A stretch of 64,000 bases of DNA from Verrucomicrobiota bacterium. Lineage in GTDB: Bacteria > Verrucomicrobiota > Verrucomicrobiia > Limisphaerales > AAA164-E04. Below the pieces are notes generated by a model. That model searched no databases. It was given only the letters and a program-made list of their open reading frames with translations, and had not been told where the DNA came from. The position numbers and the translations under genes are program-made. The stretch lies in assembly GCA_047947115.1 (NCBI GenBank), contig CP170459.1, forward strand, positions 3,136,001 to 3,200,000. Direction: 5' to 3'. This document shows, in pieces, positions 52,946 through 63,490 of this stretch (position 1 is the stretch's first letter; each line of letters starts with the position of its first letter).

Positions 52946-54337
52946 TCAAAGCTTATTGCGTAGTTCAGAAAAAACATTTCCTGAAGGCCCTTCAGGAAGG
53001 GAAGATTGCCATTGTTTCAACTCGGCTGCCAAACTGGTTGCGACTGTTGCTTGCTTTTTTAGCAGGTTGTTTTTCTCATAGGGATCCTTCGATATGTCGT
53101 AGAGTTCCATGTAATCCAGATCCCGGTTGGCAACCAGTTTCCAATGATGATGCACGATCGCCCAGGAAACCCAGTGATGAGGTCGGGTTTTATTGGCCGG
53201 CCATGTAGAAGGAAACTTCCAGAACAGTGGTTTGGGTCGGGAGAGCAGGGGAGATCCTTGGAGTACCTGGGTGATATCGACGCCATCTGGTTGGTAGGTT
53301 TCCGGCATGGCAGTTCCGCTGATGGAGCAAAATGTTGGCAGCAGGTCAACGGCTGAAAACAATGATTGATCGTCCACTTTCCTTGCGCTGATTTTTCCTG
53401 GCCATCGCGCAATGAAAGGAACCCCGATGCCGCCTTCAAAAAGGGATGATTTATACCCTTTGCGGCCTCCGGTGATTCCTTTGGAGGCTGCGATTCCCCA
53501 TCCGGCGCCGGTGGCTGTGTCGTATTGCAGTTTGAGTTCCGTCGGTCCGGTTGATCGCGCTGGTCCGTTGTCGGATGTGAAAATGACCAATGTGTTGTCT
53601 GCAATATTCAATGTATCCAGCGCATTCAGTATCTCTCCGATCCGGTCATCCGCGTGTGACAGGACCGATGCGTAGATGCGATCCGTTTCACTTTCCATAT
53701 GACGGAACCTCCATTCGTATTTTGGAACCGTGTGGAAGGGGGTGTGGGGTTCGTGAATCCAGAGGTTGATATAGAAAGGTTTGTTTTCTGCAACTGCTTT
53801 CTGGATGAAGGAGACGGCATGCTTGGAATCTTCATGCACCGGCATCTGTTCTCCCGCACAATTGAATGCGCCATAGTCATCGTAACCATAGGCACTTGGT
53901 AAGGGGGAGTCCGGAATCATGTCATTCGCCAAGTGCCATTTGCCGTAGTGTGCGGTGGCGTACCCGGCCTGCTTCAGCATGCGGGGCAATGTCGGCGCAT
54001 TGGTATCCAACCAGTCGGGCATGTTTCTTTTGGCATTGCTGGGCACCCAGGCAAAGTGCCCGTCGATGTTGTAACGCGCCGGAAAGTGTCCGGTCATGAT
54101 GGCCGTGCGACTGGGGGAACACACTCCGCTGGCAACAGTGAAACGATGGAAATCGGTACCTTCACGCGCCAGGCGGTCGATGTTGGGCGTTTTGACATAA
54201 GGATGTCCATGACAGCTCAAATCTCCCCAACCCCAGTCATCCGCCAGGATGAACAGTATGTTGGGGCGGGGCGATGTCTCACTGTTTAACGTTCCGATCA
54301 GGACAATGAGGAAAACGAAAAGATGATGCAGTTTCAT
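52946..54337 (-). CDS. Formylglycine-dependent sulfatase (S1), exported
   Basis: RPNILFILADD, CSPSR, GKWHL, TSDNG, LFEGG. Confidence 0.95.
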   Translation of the reverse strand: MKLHHLFVFLIVLIGTLNSETSPRPNILFILADDWGWGDLSCHGHPYVKTPNIDRLAREGTDFHRFTVASGVCSPSRTAIMTGHFPARYNIDGHFAWVPSNAKRNMPDWLDTNAPTLPRMLKQAGYATAHYGKWHLANDMIPDSPLPSAYGYDDYGAFNCAGEQMPVHEDSKHAVSFIQKAVAENKPFYINLWIHEPHTPFHTVPKYEWRFRHMESETDRIYASVLSHADDRIGEILNALDTLNIADNTLVIFTSDNGPARSTGPTELKLQYDTATGAGWGIAASKGITGGRKGYKSSLFEGGIGVPFIARWPGKISARKVDDQSLFSAVDLLPTFCSISGTAMPETYQPDGVDITQVLQGSPLLSRPKPLFWKFPSTWPANKTRPHHWVSWAIVHHHWKLVANRDLDYMELYDISKDPYEKNNLLKKQATVATSLAAELKQWQSSLPEGPSGNVFSELRNKL

Positions 54338-54350
54338 GTTGGTTTCCGGT

Positions 54351-57128
54351 TTATCGTGATGTCTGAACTCTTAAAATTCCCTGCATGGCCATCCAATGTC
54401 CGGGAAAGGTGCAGATGTAGGGGTAATCACCCGGTGTCTCGGGCGCCCTAAAATGGAGGGTATGTGTTTTACCGGGATTGACTATGGGAATGAACTGCAA
54501 CACTTCCGTCAGTTCGGGAACGTAGCTTTTTTCACCGGCTTTGGGATCGTTCAACATCTTGAATGACGCCTCTCCAACGCTGCGCGTCGAGCCCTGTTTT
54601 ACGATGACCAGATTGTGCGGCATGACATCGGTGTTGTTCAGGGTCAGAGCCAGGGCTTCACCGGGTTTTGCAACGAGTAATTTCTGCTTGTATTGAAGAC
54701 CTCCGATGGCATCCACGACGAGCTGGCGTTCATTCGTCTCTGCAGTACCTGATTGATGGTCGTCCGAAGTCGATGCTTCTTCTCGAGCTACTCTCAAGGC
54801 AATGGCCGTGGGTTTTCCAACCCGGGCGGGCTCAAGTCCGGTGGCATCAAAATGCGGGCCGGGATACATGGGGGAGGCGAACAGGTCTGTTTTAAATGCC
54901 TTCCCTTCAATGGAGGTCAAATGCATGCGGATGTGAAGTTGCATCACGGGGCGCATGGTTGGCATTTCCACAAACAGTGAACTTCCATCTCCGAGCAGGG
55001 TGACCGAACGGATGGAAACAGGGTCATGTCCGAGTGATTCCGGATGGTTCGGCGAAAATTCGGGAGATCCGTAGCGGTTGGCGTATTCGTAGTTCCACCC
55101 ATGCGCAAAAAAACTGCCCAAATCACCCCGGGTGTTCGGATCCAGTTTGGTGGTGAAGTCAATGCGGATTCCATTCCTTTGTACCCGGAATCCCTTGGGT
55201 TTGTAAACCGGGTTGCCTGTGTATCGGACCCGGTGAAAACAACCGTCCTTGGTGGAGTAATCACCCCAGCCATCCAGCCCCACCACATAAAGTTGTCCAT
55301 CCTTGGGATGAAACGCCCCGCGCATTGACCCGGCCAGAAACTCTCCTTCAAGCGGCACAACTGCCCCTTGCGGTCTGCCACCCGTTGCGTCGCGCAGGAT
55401 CAGGTAATGAATGCCGGAGCCGTAACTCAAACCGATATGGGAACCTTGAAAGGGTCCCCAACGATTGCTTGTGACCTCAAGCATGCCACCGGTGGAATTG
55501 TCCACTCCTCGTGGGATGAAGCACAAGGGCGCGGCAATGGTGCCTCTCCTGCCGTTGCTGTCGGGTAGTCCGTAAAACTCGCCCTGATTCACCTCGATGA
55601 TGGCTGAAGCTGGCGTCCAGGTGCCTTCCTGTGGGGCAACCCAGAAGTAGTCGTCCGATCCACCGATTCCCATGCAGTTTCTCACACCCCAACCTTTTTC
55701 GGTGGTGACGCGATCGGGGCCGGTGCGCAGGATGTTTTCGCGTTGAGTAAAATGGAAGGAGCCATCCGCCGTCCGATGCAGACCGAAGGTGTGGGAATGA
55801 CTGCGATTGTAACCTCCGAAATCATGCGCGTAGTTTTCGTAGAAATCGGCTTCTCCATCGTTGTTGGTGTCATGAAGACGATAGATCTGCCCACGGTCGA
55901 GAACGAAGATGCCGTCTTCATCAATGTGGATCCCGATCGGCTGGTTCAATCCGGTGGCGAAACGTTGCCAGGTGACCTGTTTCAAATCTTCCGTGATACC
56001 GGATATCAGCCAGATATCCCCGGGCAATGTGCAGACCAATGCATCTCCATTCGGAAGGAAATCGATGCCGCTGATTTGCATGACAGTTTGATAAGGGTTG
56101 TCATAAGGCACATTCAATGTGTCGACCACGTATGCAGTATCTGCTCCTGGATTGGCCACGGTTCCCGGAACTTTCAACGTTTCCGGCCAACGCCTGGTCA
56201 GTTTGCGAGGCATTTTGAGGTGGTCCAATGCAGGCTTTGTTTGTCTGGGAGCGGGAGTTTTACTGATGCTCAGGATGACAAAGGAGTCCTCCCTGGTATC
56301 GGTTAAATGAATGTGACCGTTCTTCCATTTCGCGCCGCTGACTCGATGCGTGGTTGGAAATTGAACCTCGAATCCCTCTCCAACCGGGCAGGGGATTTGG
56401 AGGGTGCTGGTTGCTTTTTTAATGTCAATCCTGCGGAAAAAAGTGTCGGAAGCGGCCCAAGGCTCGTCACCTATGGGAATGTCATTGATGGTGTAATTAA
56501 AAACTACCCGTTTTCCGTAACGATGAAATCCGTGATAAACGCTTCCCGCTGGCATATCGGCTTCCGGAACAATAAACCAAGGTTTCCCTTGGAGTTGAGC
56601 ATTGCGTGATGTGCCCCACCGGAATGGATCAAACTGAACGAACCCATCTTCCCATACTGCCCGATAGGTCAAACTCATCGGATCAAAACAGGCCGACAGT
56701 TCACGTTGTTCGCCCAAACGGAGGCTGATACCTTTCAACACAACCAGATCCTCTGCGCGGAAAACTTGAGTAACAACTTCACCCATTTCAATCTCGTTCC
56801 AACGTCCGTCACCGTAGTTGTTTTGGTTGTGTTTGCCCCAGTGCCCATGCTGTCCGGCGTCCAAACCCGGGTATGCTGGGAGTATCTCCGGCATCTCATC
56901 GGGATGTTCCATGTAGTAGTCGGCCTGACGCTGATAGAAATCGTAGAGCCGGGCTTCGTTGACGGTTTCAGTTGAGAGCTGGTAGGACTCTCTTCCAAGC
57001 GCTGGATTTGCATAGGGGTGTTTGGAAGGCGTGGCAAGGTTGCTTTCCTGTGCCTGTGTGGCCGGTATGCTTATCAGAACAAATGCCGCCAAACACTTTG
57101 AAATGGAATGATGAAAACGAAATCTCAT
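54351..57128 (-). CDS. Exported protein with DUF6797-like and beta-propeller domains and a C-terminal azurin/auracyanin-like cupredoxin
   Basis: Signal peptide; propeller-like WQRFATGLNQPIG, QEGTWTPAS; MPHNLV...YPYICTFPGHWMAM type-1 Cu motif. Confidence 0.8.
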   Translation of the reverse strand: MRFRFHHSISKCLAAFVLISIPATQAQESNLATPSKHPYANPALGRESYQLSTETVNEARLYDFYQRQADYYMEHPDEMPEILPAYPGLDAGQHGHWGKHNQNNYGDGRWNEIEMGEVVTQVFRAEDLVVLKGISLRLGEQRELSACFDPMSLTYRAVWEDGFVQFDPFRWGTSRNAQLQGKPWFIVPEADMPAGSVYHGFHRYGKRVVFNYTINDIPIGDEPWAASDTFFRRIDIKKATSTLQIPCPVGEGFEVQFPTTHRVSGAKWKNGHIHLTDTREDSFVILSISKTPAPRQTKPALDHLKMPRKLTRRWPETLKVPGTVANPGADTAYVVDTLNVPYDNPYQTVMQISGIDFLPNGDALVCTLPGDIWLISGITEDLKQVTWQRFATGLNQPIGIHIDEDGIFVLDRGQIYRLHDTNNDGEADFYENYAHDFGGYNRSHSHTFGLHRTADGSFHFTQRENILRTGPDRVTTEKGWGVRNCMGIGGSDDYFWVAPQEGTWTPASAIIEVNQGEFYGLPDSNGRRGTIAAPLCFIPRGVDNSTGGMLEVTSNRWGPFQGSHIGLSYGSGIHYLILRDATGGRPQGAVVPLEGEFLAGSMRGAFHPKDGQLYVVGLDGWGDYSTKDGCFHRVRYTGNPVYKPKGFRVQRNGIRIDFTTKLDPNTRGDLGSFFAHGWNYEYANRYGSPEFSPNHPESLGHDPVSIRSVTLLGDGSSLFVEMPTMRPVMQLHIRMHLTSIEGKAFKTDLFASPMYPGPHFDATGLEPARVGKPTAIALRVAREEASTSDDHQSGTAETNERQLVVDAIGGLQYKQKLLVAKPGEALALTLNNTDVMPHNLVIVKQGSTRSVGEASFKMLNDPKAGEKSYVPELTEVLQFIPIVNPGKTHTLHFRAPETPGDYPYICTFPGHWMAMQGILRVQTSR

Positions 57129-57142
57129 GGATAGCCCCTAGT

Positions 57143-58579
57143 CTACGGGGTTTCATCCATTGGTTCCAGCGGAATGAGGTGGTGTTTTCGTAACAGAGAA
57201 TCTATCCTGGAAAAAGAGTGTTCTTCGAATCTCTCCTTTGCCAGCGGCAGATTATCAAGCAACTGCGCTGCATGCTCGTTGTGTTGGGCTATTCGCTGCA
57301 GGAAACGCGCGCGATCTTTTGACATGTTGATCATTCCTTTCGACTGTTTGTCCCGTTTTTCTGCAAAAAGAGGAAGCATATCCCCAAAAAGTTCCTCCAA
57401 ATAAGCCCAGACTTTTTCATCTTTCGGGTTTTGTTCCAGTAAGAGAGCCATCGCTGTGATGTCCCGGTTTCGCACCGAAAAGAATCCAAATTCATTTTCG
57501 AACGGTGAGAAGGTCAGTAATAGATGGAGTTTTGGAATGAATGGGGACAGATCCGCATTACGCAGTCGAAGTAATTCGATCATCTGCAGGTACTCGTCAG
57601 GCTTTTTGCTGCTTTGAACGAGTTCGGTTAATACCTGATGCAAGGTGGAGATCGAGTATGGCCAGGCACGCAAGATGTCAAGGCAGCGGGTATGGCTGGA
57701 TTCAACGTCGGTTTTTACGAGCTCGATCAGTCTTTCTTGGTGAGATGTTTCTTCAGGGTATCCATGAACCAGGGCGAGGTGCACCTGGATGGCGAGTCTA
57801 GGTTCAGGAGAACTTTTTAATTCTATCAAACGCTGCTTTATTTCAGGAGAGTCCGAAGCGTATTTCGCCAAAATATGGAAATACTCCTAGTTTTTAATGT
57901 TTAAATGCACCGGATCTACCAATCCCGGATAACAAATGCGAGCCTGTTCAGGACGGATGTTCTTCATGGTTTTAACTGCCCAAAACCGGGGTCCGGCATC
58001 GGCGTGAGTTAAAAAAGGTACGGTTTTTTCGGCGATCAGGTCCTGCCGGTTGGTCACCAAATGGTAGATCCATATCACGGAATTCCGGGTGTCTGGATTG
58101 GAAGACCGCAGTTTTGATTTGGCAAGCATCTCAGCCTGTTCGTAGGAAATTCCCATGGTTGAAAGCAGATAACTTGCTGTCGACGATTTGTTGATTGCTT
58201 CTTGCCGAAAATTCCTCCGCTTGGACCAGGGGATCAAATTGATAACCCTTTGAACAGAGGTGGCAATCAAGTTCGTCCTACCTGATCTGTAAGCTTCGGT
58301 GCAGAGGAATTCGACGCCGGGATCCCCAAAGGTTTGGAACGCTTCGATACATTGCTCCCGGCGTGGAGACACCTGTTGGTCATGGCCTTCCAGTGGAATG
58401 CCATCCGGTCCAGTTTTGTTGGCATAATCGAGCCACCATTCCATGTTATGCCCCTGATAGGTCGGTCCAGATGAATGTTTGAACAACCAGTGTCCGGCAA
58501 AGCCAGCCAGCAACAAAAAGACAAACCAGGTTCCGGTTCGGGTCCAATTTGATTTCAGTCTTTTGAACATGTAGCTCAT
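57143..58579 (-). pseudogene. Membrane-anchored HEAT-repeat-like protein interrupted by one in-frame TAG (57887-57889)
   Basis: ORFs 57887-58579 and 57143-57871 are in the same frame: ...HLNIKN-TAG-EYFHILAKYASD.... N-terminal TM helix followed by PTYQGHNMEWWL. Confidence 0.6.
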
Positions 58580-58752
58580 TTCAGCGATGCTTGATGGGGA
58601 TATGCGGTAATAGTGACGTCAATGATAAGAGGATGCAATGAAACTTCGCCTCGGCGTGATGCTCTTTTCTTCAAACAACCGGAATTGAATTCCTGAATGC
58701 CTACGGTGAACCCGAGAGTGGTAGCGGGCCGACATCTGGATACTCCGGTTAT

Positions 58753-59049
58753 ATGGGATGTCCCATAAATGCGGCGTTATCGGTAAATCCAGACAAAGTG
58801 TCCGGATTATGTGTGTTGATCAGCCTAATCATGGCCGCTTTGGATGTTTGCTGGTGGCCGCTGGAAATTGTGCCCGACACCTTGAGCACCGTTGCGCATG
58901 TTTTTCCGACTGCCCGGGTGATGGATGCTTTAGAGTAAACGAATCACTTTGGGGGAGGTCTCGGCCGAATCGGGACTGAATGGGTGATTCACTTTGGTTT
59001 TGGCGCTATTTCCAATTTGGTTGCCGTCAAATGATTCAAGTTTTCCTGA
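58753..59049 (+). pseudogene. Decayed C-terminal remnant of an ABC-2-type transporter permease
   Basis: GLCVLISLIMAALDVCWWPLEIVP..L..VAHVFPT..VMDAL, then in-frame stops and a final hydrophobic segment (FGFGAISNLVAVK*FKFS*). No N-terminal part. Confidence 0.65.
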
Positions 59050-59148
59050 AATCGCATCAGAGGCCCGCCAAATAAGGCGATTCTGTGACATTTAGCGCCC
59101 ATTCTGCACGGTTTCTTGGTGTTTTTCTTCGCATTATTTTGAAAACAA

Positions 59149-59178
59149 TTGACGCTACCTTCCACGCTTCCATAGATT
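59149..59178 (+). promoter_or_regulatory. Putative sigma70 promoter of the citrate synthase-sucCD cluster
   Basis: TTGACG-N18-TAGATT about 58 nt upstream of the ATG at 59237. Confidence 0.4.
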
Positions 59179-59236
59179 CTCCTTAGAACATAGTGATTTG
59201 ATTTGAACATATTCATCGAAGATAGACCCTAGGGAT

Positions 59237-60364
59237 ATGAGTAGCGCAGCAACTAAAGGACTTGAAGGAATCGTGGCAGCCCAAACCTACCTCAGCGATG
59301 TGCGGGGTGATGTGGGGGAACTGATCTACAGAGGTTATGACATCAATGAATTGGCCGGTAACGTTGGTTACGAGGAGACGGTCTATTTGCTGCACTACGG
59401 AAAATTGCCGAATCGCACCGAGCTGGATCAGCTCAAGGCGAAACTGGCTGGGTATCGCCAACTTCCTCAAGGGGTTATTGATTTGATTCAATCCCTTCCA
59501 AAAGATACGGTTCCGATGAATGCCCTGCGTACCGGGATTTCCGCGCTTGGATGTTTTGATGTCACCGCAGAGGATAATTCCAAGGAGTCCCTGGAAGAAA
59601 AAGCACTTAAGATCATCGCTCAAATCCCAGTCGTCACCGCGTACTTCCACCTTTACCGGCAGGGAAAACCACTTGTGGAATCCCGCTCTGATCTTGGAGA
59701 GGCTGCCAATTTCCTTTACCTGATCAACGGAGGCAAGGAGGCGGATTCCGAGAGTGTTGATACATTGGACATGTGTTACGTGCTCCACGCGGATCATGGA
59801 ATGAATGCATCAACCTTTGCCTCCCGTGTCACCATAGCCACCTTGTCTGACATTTATTCAGCTATCACCAGTGCCATAGGCACCTTGAAAGGTCCTCTTC
59901 ATGGAGGAGCCAACGAGGCCGTCATCCGAATGTTGCAGGAGATTGGTAGTCCGGAAAATGTGGATACCTACATCCAGGATTGCTTGGATAACAAGAAAAA
60001 GGTGATGGGGATCGGCCACCGGGTTTATAAGGTGCTGGATCCACGCGCTCTGAAGCTGCGTAAAATGGTGCTTAAGATGGGGGAAAAGGTTGCAGATCCA
60101 AAGTGGATTCAAATGAGCGACAAAATCGCCGAAATCATGCTTCACGAAAAGGGCCTGCACGCCAACGTGGATTTCTATTCAGCCAGTGTTTATTACTCCC
60201 TCGACATCCCCATCGATCTGTTCACCCCGATTTTTGCCATCGCCAGAACGTCCGGATGGTCGGCTCACGTGTTGGAGCAGATGGCGGACAACCGATTGAT
60301 CCGTCCTCAAAGTGATTATATCGGGCCGGAAGGACTGACGGTGACACCGATTGACGAGAGATAA
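59237..60364 (+). CDS. gltA: Citrate synthase (short, dimeric type)
   Basis: HADHGMNASTF, GPLHGGAN, MGIGHRVYK..DPR, NVDFYS; lies upstream of sucCD. A methylcitrate synthase is not excluded. Confidence 0.88.
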   Translation: MSSAATKGLEGIVAAQTYLSDVRGDVGELIYRGYDINELAGNVGYEETVYLLHYGKLPNRTELDQLKAKLAGYRQLPQGVIDLIQSLPKDTVPMNALRTGISALGCFDVTAEDNSKESLEEKALKIIAQIPVVTAYFHLYRQGKPLVESRSDLGEAANFLYLINGGKEADSESVDTLDMCYVLHADHGMNASTFASRVTIATLSDIYSAITSAIGTLKGPLHGGANEAVIRMLQEIGSPENVDTYIQDCLDNKKKVMGIGHRVYKVLDPRALKLRKMVLKMGEKVADPKWIQMSDKIAEIMLHEKGLHANVDFYSASVYYSLDIPIDLFTPIFAIARTSGWSAHVLEQMADNRLIRPQSDYIGPEGLTVTPIDER

Positions 60365-60456
60365 TCCTGTTCATGTCCCTGGTTCAAACGAATGCTTTTT
60401 TGGGTGGTTCCCGGAATGGAATCCCCTCCACCTATTGATTTTTATCGACTAACTCC

Positions 60457-61656
60457 ATGAATATCCACGAATACCAAGCCAAAGAATTACTCGCACGACA
60501 CGGGGTGAATGTCCCCTCCGGTCAGCCCTGCAAATCTATCGAAGAAGCCGAGCAGGCGGCGCGCACATTATTTGACGCAGGTCAAACAATGGTGGTCATC
60601 AAGTCACAAATCCACGCTGGCGGCCGTGGGAAGGGAACATTCAAGAGTGGATTCAAGGGCGGTGTCCATTTGTGCAAGTCCGTGGAGGATGTCGTGGAAA
60701 AGGCCAAAGCCATGCTGGGGCAGGTATTGGTGACCAAACAAACCGGTCCCGAAGGGCGCGAAGTAAAGACTCTCCTCGTGGCCAGTGCCGAAAAAATCGT
60801 CAAAGAACTTTATCTGGCGGTGTTGCTTGATCGCAATTCGTCCCGACCGATTGTCATGGCCAGCACAGAAGGTGGCATGGATATTGAAGAGGTTGCCGAA
60901 AAGACACCCGAAAAGATTGTCAAAGAAACGGTCGATCCTTCCATGGGATTGTTGCCTTACCAGGCCAGAAAGATTGCCGCTGCTTTGGAACTGCCTTCTG
61001 AGCTCATCGGACAAGCTGCCAAGTTGTTGATGGGGGTTTATCAGACTTTTTGGAAATGCGATGCCTCCATGGTGGAAATCAATCCGCTTTGTATTGTGGA
61101 AAACGTGGATGGAACTCATGGCATCGCCGCGGTTGATGCCAAGATCTCCCTCGACGACAACGCGCTCTACCGCCACAAGGACATCGTGGAGATGCGGGAT
61201 CTGGGTGAGGAAGCCCCGCTTGAGATCGAAGCAGGCAAGTATGACCTGAATTACATCAAACTGGATGGCAACATTGCCTGTCTGGTGAACGGTGCGGGTT
61301 TGGCCATGGCGACCATGGACATCATTAAACATTTCGGAGGAGATCCCGCCAACTTCCTGGATGTCGGAGGTGGTGCCACGCGTGAACAAGTGACCGCTGC
61401 ATTCCGGATCATTTTAAGTGATCCCAATGTGAAAGGGATTCTGGTCAATATCTTTGGTGGTATCATGCAGTGTGATGTCATTGCCGAAGGAGTGGTTGCT
61501 GCGGCAAAGGAAACCAATCTTTCCATTCCTCTGGTTGTGCGGCTGGAAGGAAACAACGTGGAAATTGGCAAAAAGATTCTAAATGAATCCGGACTCCAAC
61601 TGATCAGTGGCGATACCATGGCGGATGCCGCTCAGAAAATCGTAGCCGCCGTTTAA
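60457..61656 (+). CDS. sucC: Succinyl-CoA synthetase beta subunit
   Basis: [48 protein letters not shown]. Confidence 0.98.
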   Translation: MNIHEYQAKELLARHGVNVPSGQPCKSIEEAEQAARTLFDAGQTMVVIKSQIHAGGRGKGTFKSGFKGGVHLCKSVEDVVEKAKAMLGQVLVTKQTGPEGREVKTLLVASAEKIVKELYLAVLLDRNSSRPIVMASTEGGMDIEEVAEKTPEKIVKETVDPSMGLLPYQARKIAAALELPSELIGQAAKLLMGVYQTFWKCDASMVEINPLCIVENVDGTHGIAAVDAKISLDDNALYRHKDIVEMRDLGEEAPLEIEAGKYDLNYIKLDGNIACLVNGAGLAMATMDIIKHFGGDPANFLDVGGGATREQVTAAFRIILSDPNVKGILVNIFGGIMQCDVIAEGVVAAAKETNLSIPLVVRLEGNNVEIGKKILNESGLQLISGDTMADAAQKIVAAV

Positions 61657-61706
61657 TCCTGAAATCACGCAAACTGAACAATCAATTTCCAAACAAGATC
61701 TGACTT

Positions 61707-62597
61707 ATGGCAATTTTAGTGACCCCCGAGACAAAGGTATTGGTACAAGGAATCACAGGTGGATTTGGCGGACGACATGCCAAGCTGAGCCTGGATTACG
61801 GTTCCCAAATTGTGGCAGGTGTGACTCCCGGCAAGGGTGGACAGAAGTTCGAAGACAATGTGCCTGTTTTTGACACCGTCCATCAGGCGGTCGCCGAAAC
61901 CGGTGCCACGACTTCGGCCATTTTCGTTCCGCCACCATTCGCCGCAGATGCCATTCTTGAAGGAGTGGATGCAGGGCTCGACCTGGTGGTCTGTATCACC
62001 GAAGGCATTCCTGTCAACGACATGGTCAAGGTGAAGCGCGCCCTTCAGGGTAGCAAAACACGTTTGATCGGTCCAAACTGTCCGGGTATTGTGACCCCCG
62101 GTGAAGGAGAGGGTTCCAGTGGTGGATGTCGTATCGGAATCGCACCTGGTTACATTCATAAAAAGGGGAACGTCGGCGTGGTATCTCGCAGTGGCACACT
62201 GACTTACGAGGCCGTTTGGCAGTTGACCTGTCGCGGCGTCGGTCAGTCGACTTGCGTGGGAATCGGTGGTGATCCTGTCAATGGGACTTCGCATCTGGAC
62301 GTCATTAAAATGTTCAATGAAGATCCCGATACACACGGTATCATCATGATTGGTGAAATCGGGGGTTCGGCTGAGGAGGAGGCCGCCGCCTGGATTCGGG
62401 ACCATTGCAAAAAACCAGTTGCCGGATTCATTGCCGGAACCACAGCGCCTCCCGGACGCCGCATGGGGCATGCAGGAGCCATTGTCAGCGGAGGCAAAGG
62501 AACAGCGGAAGCCAAGATTGCCGCATTCCGCGAGGCTGGTATCCAAGTTGCTGAAACACCATCCGAAATGGCCGATGTGCTGTTGAAAATCATGTAA
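61707..62597 (+). CDS. sucD: Succinyl-CoA synthetase alpha subunit
   Basis: [33 protein letters not shown]. Confidence 0.98.
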   Translation: MAILVTPETKVLVQGITGGFGGRHAKLSLDYGSQIVAGVTPGKGGQKFEDNVPVFDTVHQAVAETGATTSAIFVPPPFAADAILEGVDAGLDLVVCITEGIPVNDMVKVKRALQGSKTRLIGPNCPGIVTPGEGEGSSGGCRIGIAPGYIHKKGNVGVVSRSGTLTYEAVWQLTCRGVGQSTCVGIGGDPVNGTSHLDVIKMFNEDPDTHGIIMIGEIGGSAEEEAAAWIRDHCKKPVAGFIAGTTAPPGRRMGHAGAIVSGGKGTAEAKIAAFREAGIQVAETPSEMADVLLKIM

Positions 62598-62759
62598 GCC
62601 GTTAGGTTCGCCTGATGAAGCGGGACTTAAGGGCCGCGGGCACGCTGAACCGATAGGTGTGGTTGCCAGTGGGCCGTGAAACCGATCAGATTCAATACTT
62701 CTGAAAGGTTCCCTGGATTTGGCTTGGAATCCATCTATGAAGTGCCAGCTCTTCCATTC

Positions 62760-63446
62760 ATGAATGTTGCCATCATTGTCGCAGCCGGAAAAGGGACCCG
62801 CATGGGAAGGGATAAACTGTGGATGGAGGTTCACGGCGTCCCCATTGTGGGTCATACCTGGCGCACGTTTGATCGTTCTGAAGTGATTGATCAGGTAGTT
62901 CTGGTGGTGAGGGAAGAAAGCCAGCAGGCATTCAGGGATCTGGCTGAGCAGATCCAGGTACAAAAGCCATTTCACTTTGCTCCAGGCGGCAGTGAAAGGC
63001 AGGATTCGGTTTGGAATGGCTTGCAGTGTTGCCCGGAGGATTGTGACTTGGTAGCGATCCAGGATGCCGCACGCCCCTGTACTCATCCGAGTCATATTCG
63101 AGCTTGTATCGAGGCGGGTGGTAAATATGGTGCTGTGGTTGCTGCGCAAAAAGTCACCGATACACTGAAACGTGTGGGCGGTGGTTTGACGATTCAATCC
63201 ACCGTGGATCGTGAAGGATTATGGTCCGTGCAAACGCCTCAAGTATTTCGAGTTGATGTGATTCGGAAGGCGATGCAATCCGTTCGAGATCAAGGATTGA
63301 TTGTGACCGATGACACGGCGGCTTGCGAGTCAATCGGGTGCTCCGTCAAAGTGGTCTCTGGGGATCATCCAAACCCAAAAGTGACGTATCCGGGTGATTT
63401 GCCATACATCAGTTGGTTGCTTGCCAATTTGGACGGCGGTGTTTAG
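62760..63446 (+). CDS. ispD: 2-C-methyl-D-erythritol 4-phosphate cytidylyltransferase
   Basis: AIIVAAGKGTRMG, GGSERQDSV, QDAARP, VQTPQVF, TDD, NPKVTYPGDL. Confidence 0.95.
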   Translation: MNVAIIVAAGKGTRMGRDKLWMEVHGVPIVGHTWRTFDRSEVIDQVVLVVREESQQAFRDLAEQIQVQKPFHFAPGGSERQDSVWNGLQCCPEDCDLVAIQDAARPCTHPSHIRACIEAGGKYGAVVAAQKVTDTLKRVGGGLTIQSTVDREGLWSVQTPQVFRVDVIRKAMQSVRDQGLIVTDDTAACESIGCSVKVVSGDHPNPKVTYPGDLPYISWLLANLDGGV

Positions 63447-63490
63447 ATTTCCCGCCGATCGGTCGTGGATGTTTGATACCCATCGATATC

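Noticed and set aside
57887..57889. TAG as a pyrrolysine codon or sign of a recoded genome
   Set aside because: No pyl genes are in the window, and TAG ends other genes normally (leuS, ispD, the giant gene).
62612..62685. CTGATGA...GAAAC resembling a hammerhead ribozyme core
   Set aside because: I could not form stem II closing directly on GAAA, nor stems I and III. An Rfam scan would settle it.
61716..63197. 493-aa minus-strand ORF
   Set aside because: Antisense to the well-supported sucD and ispD genes.
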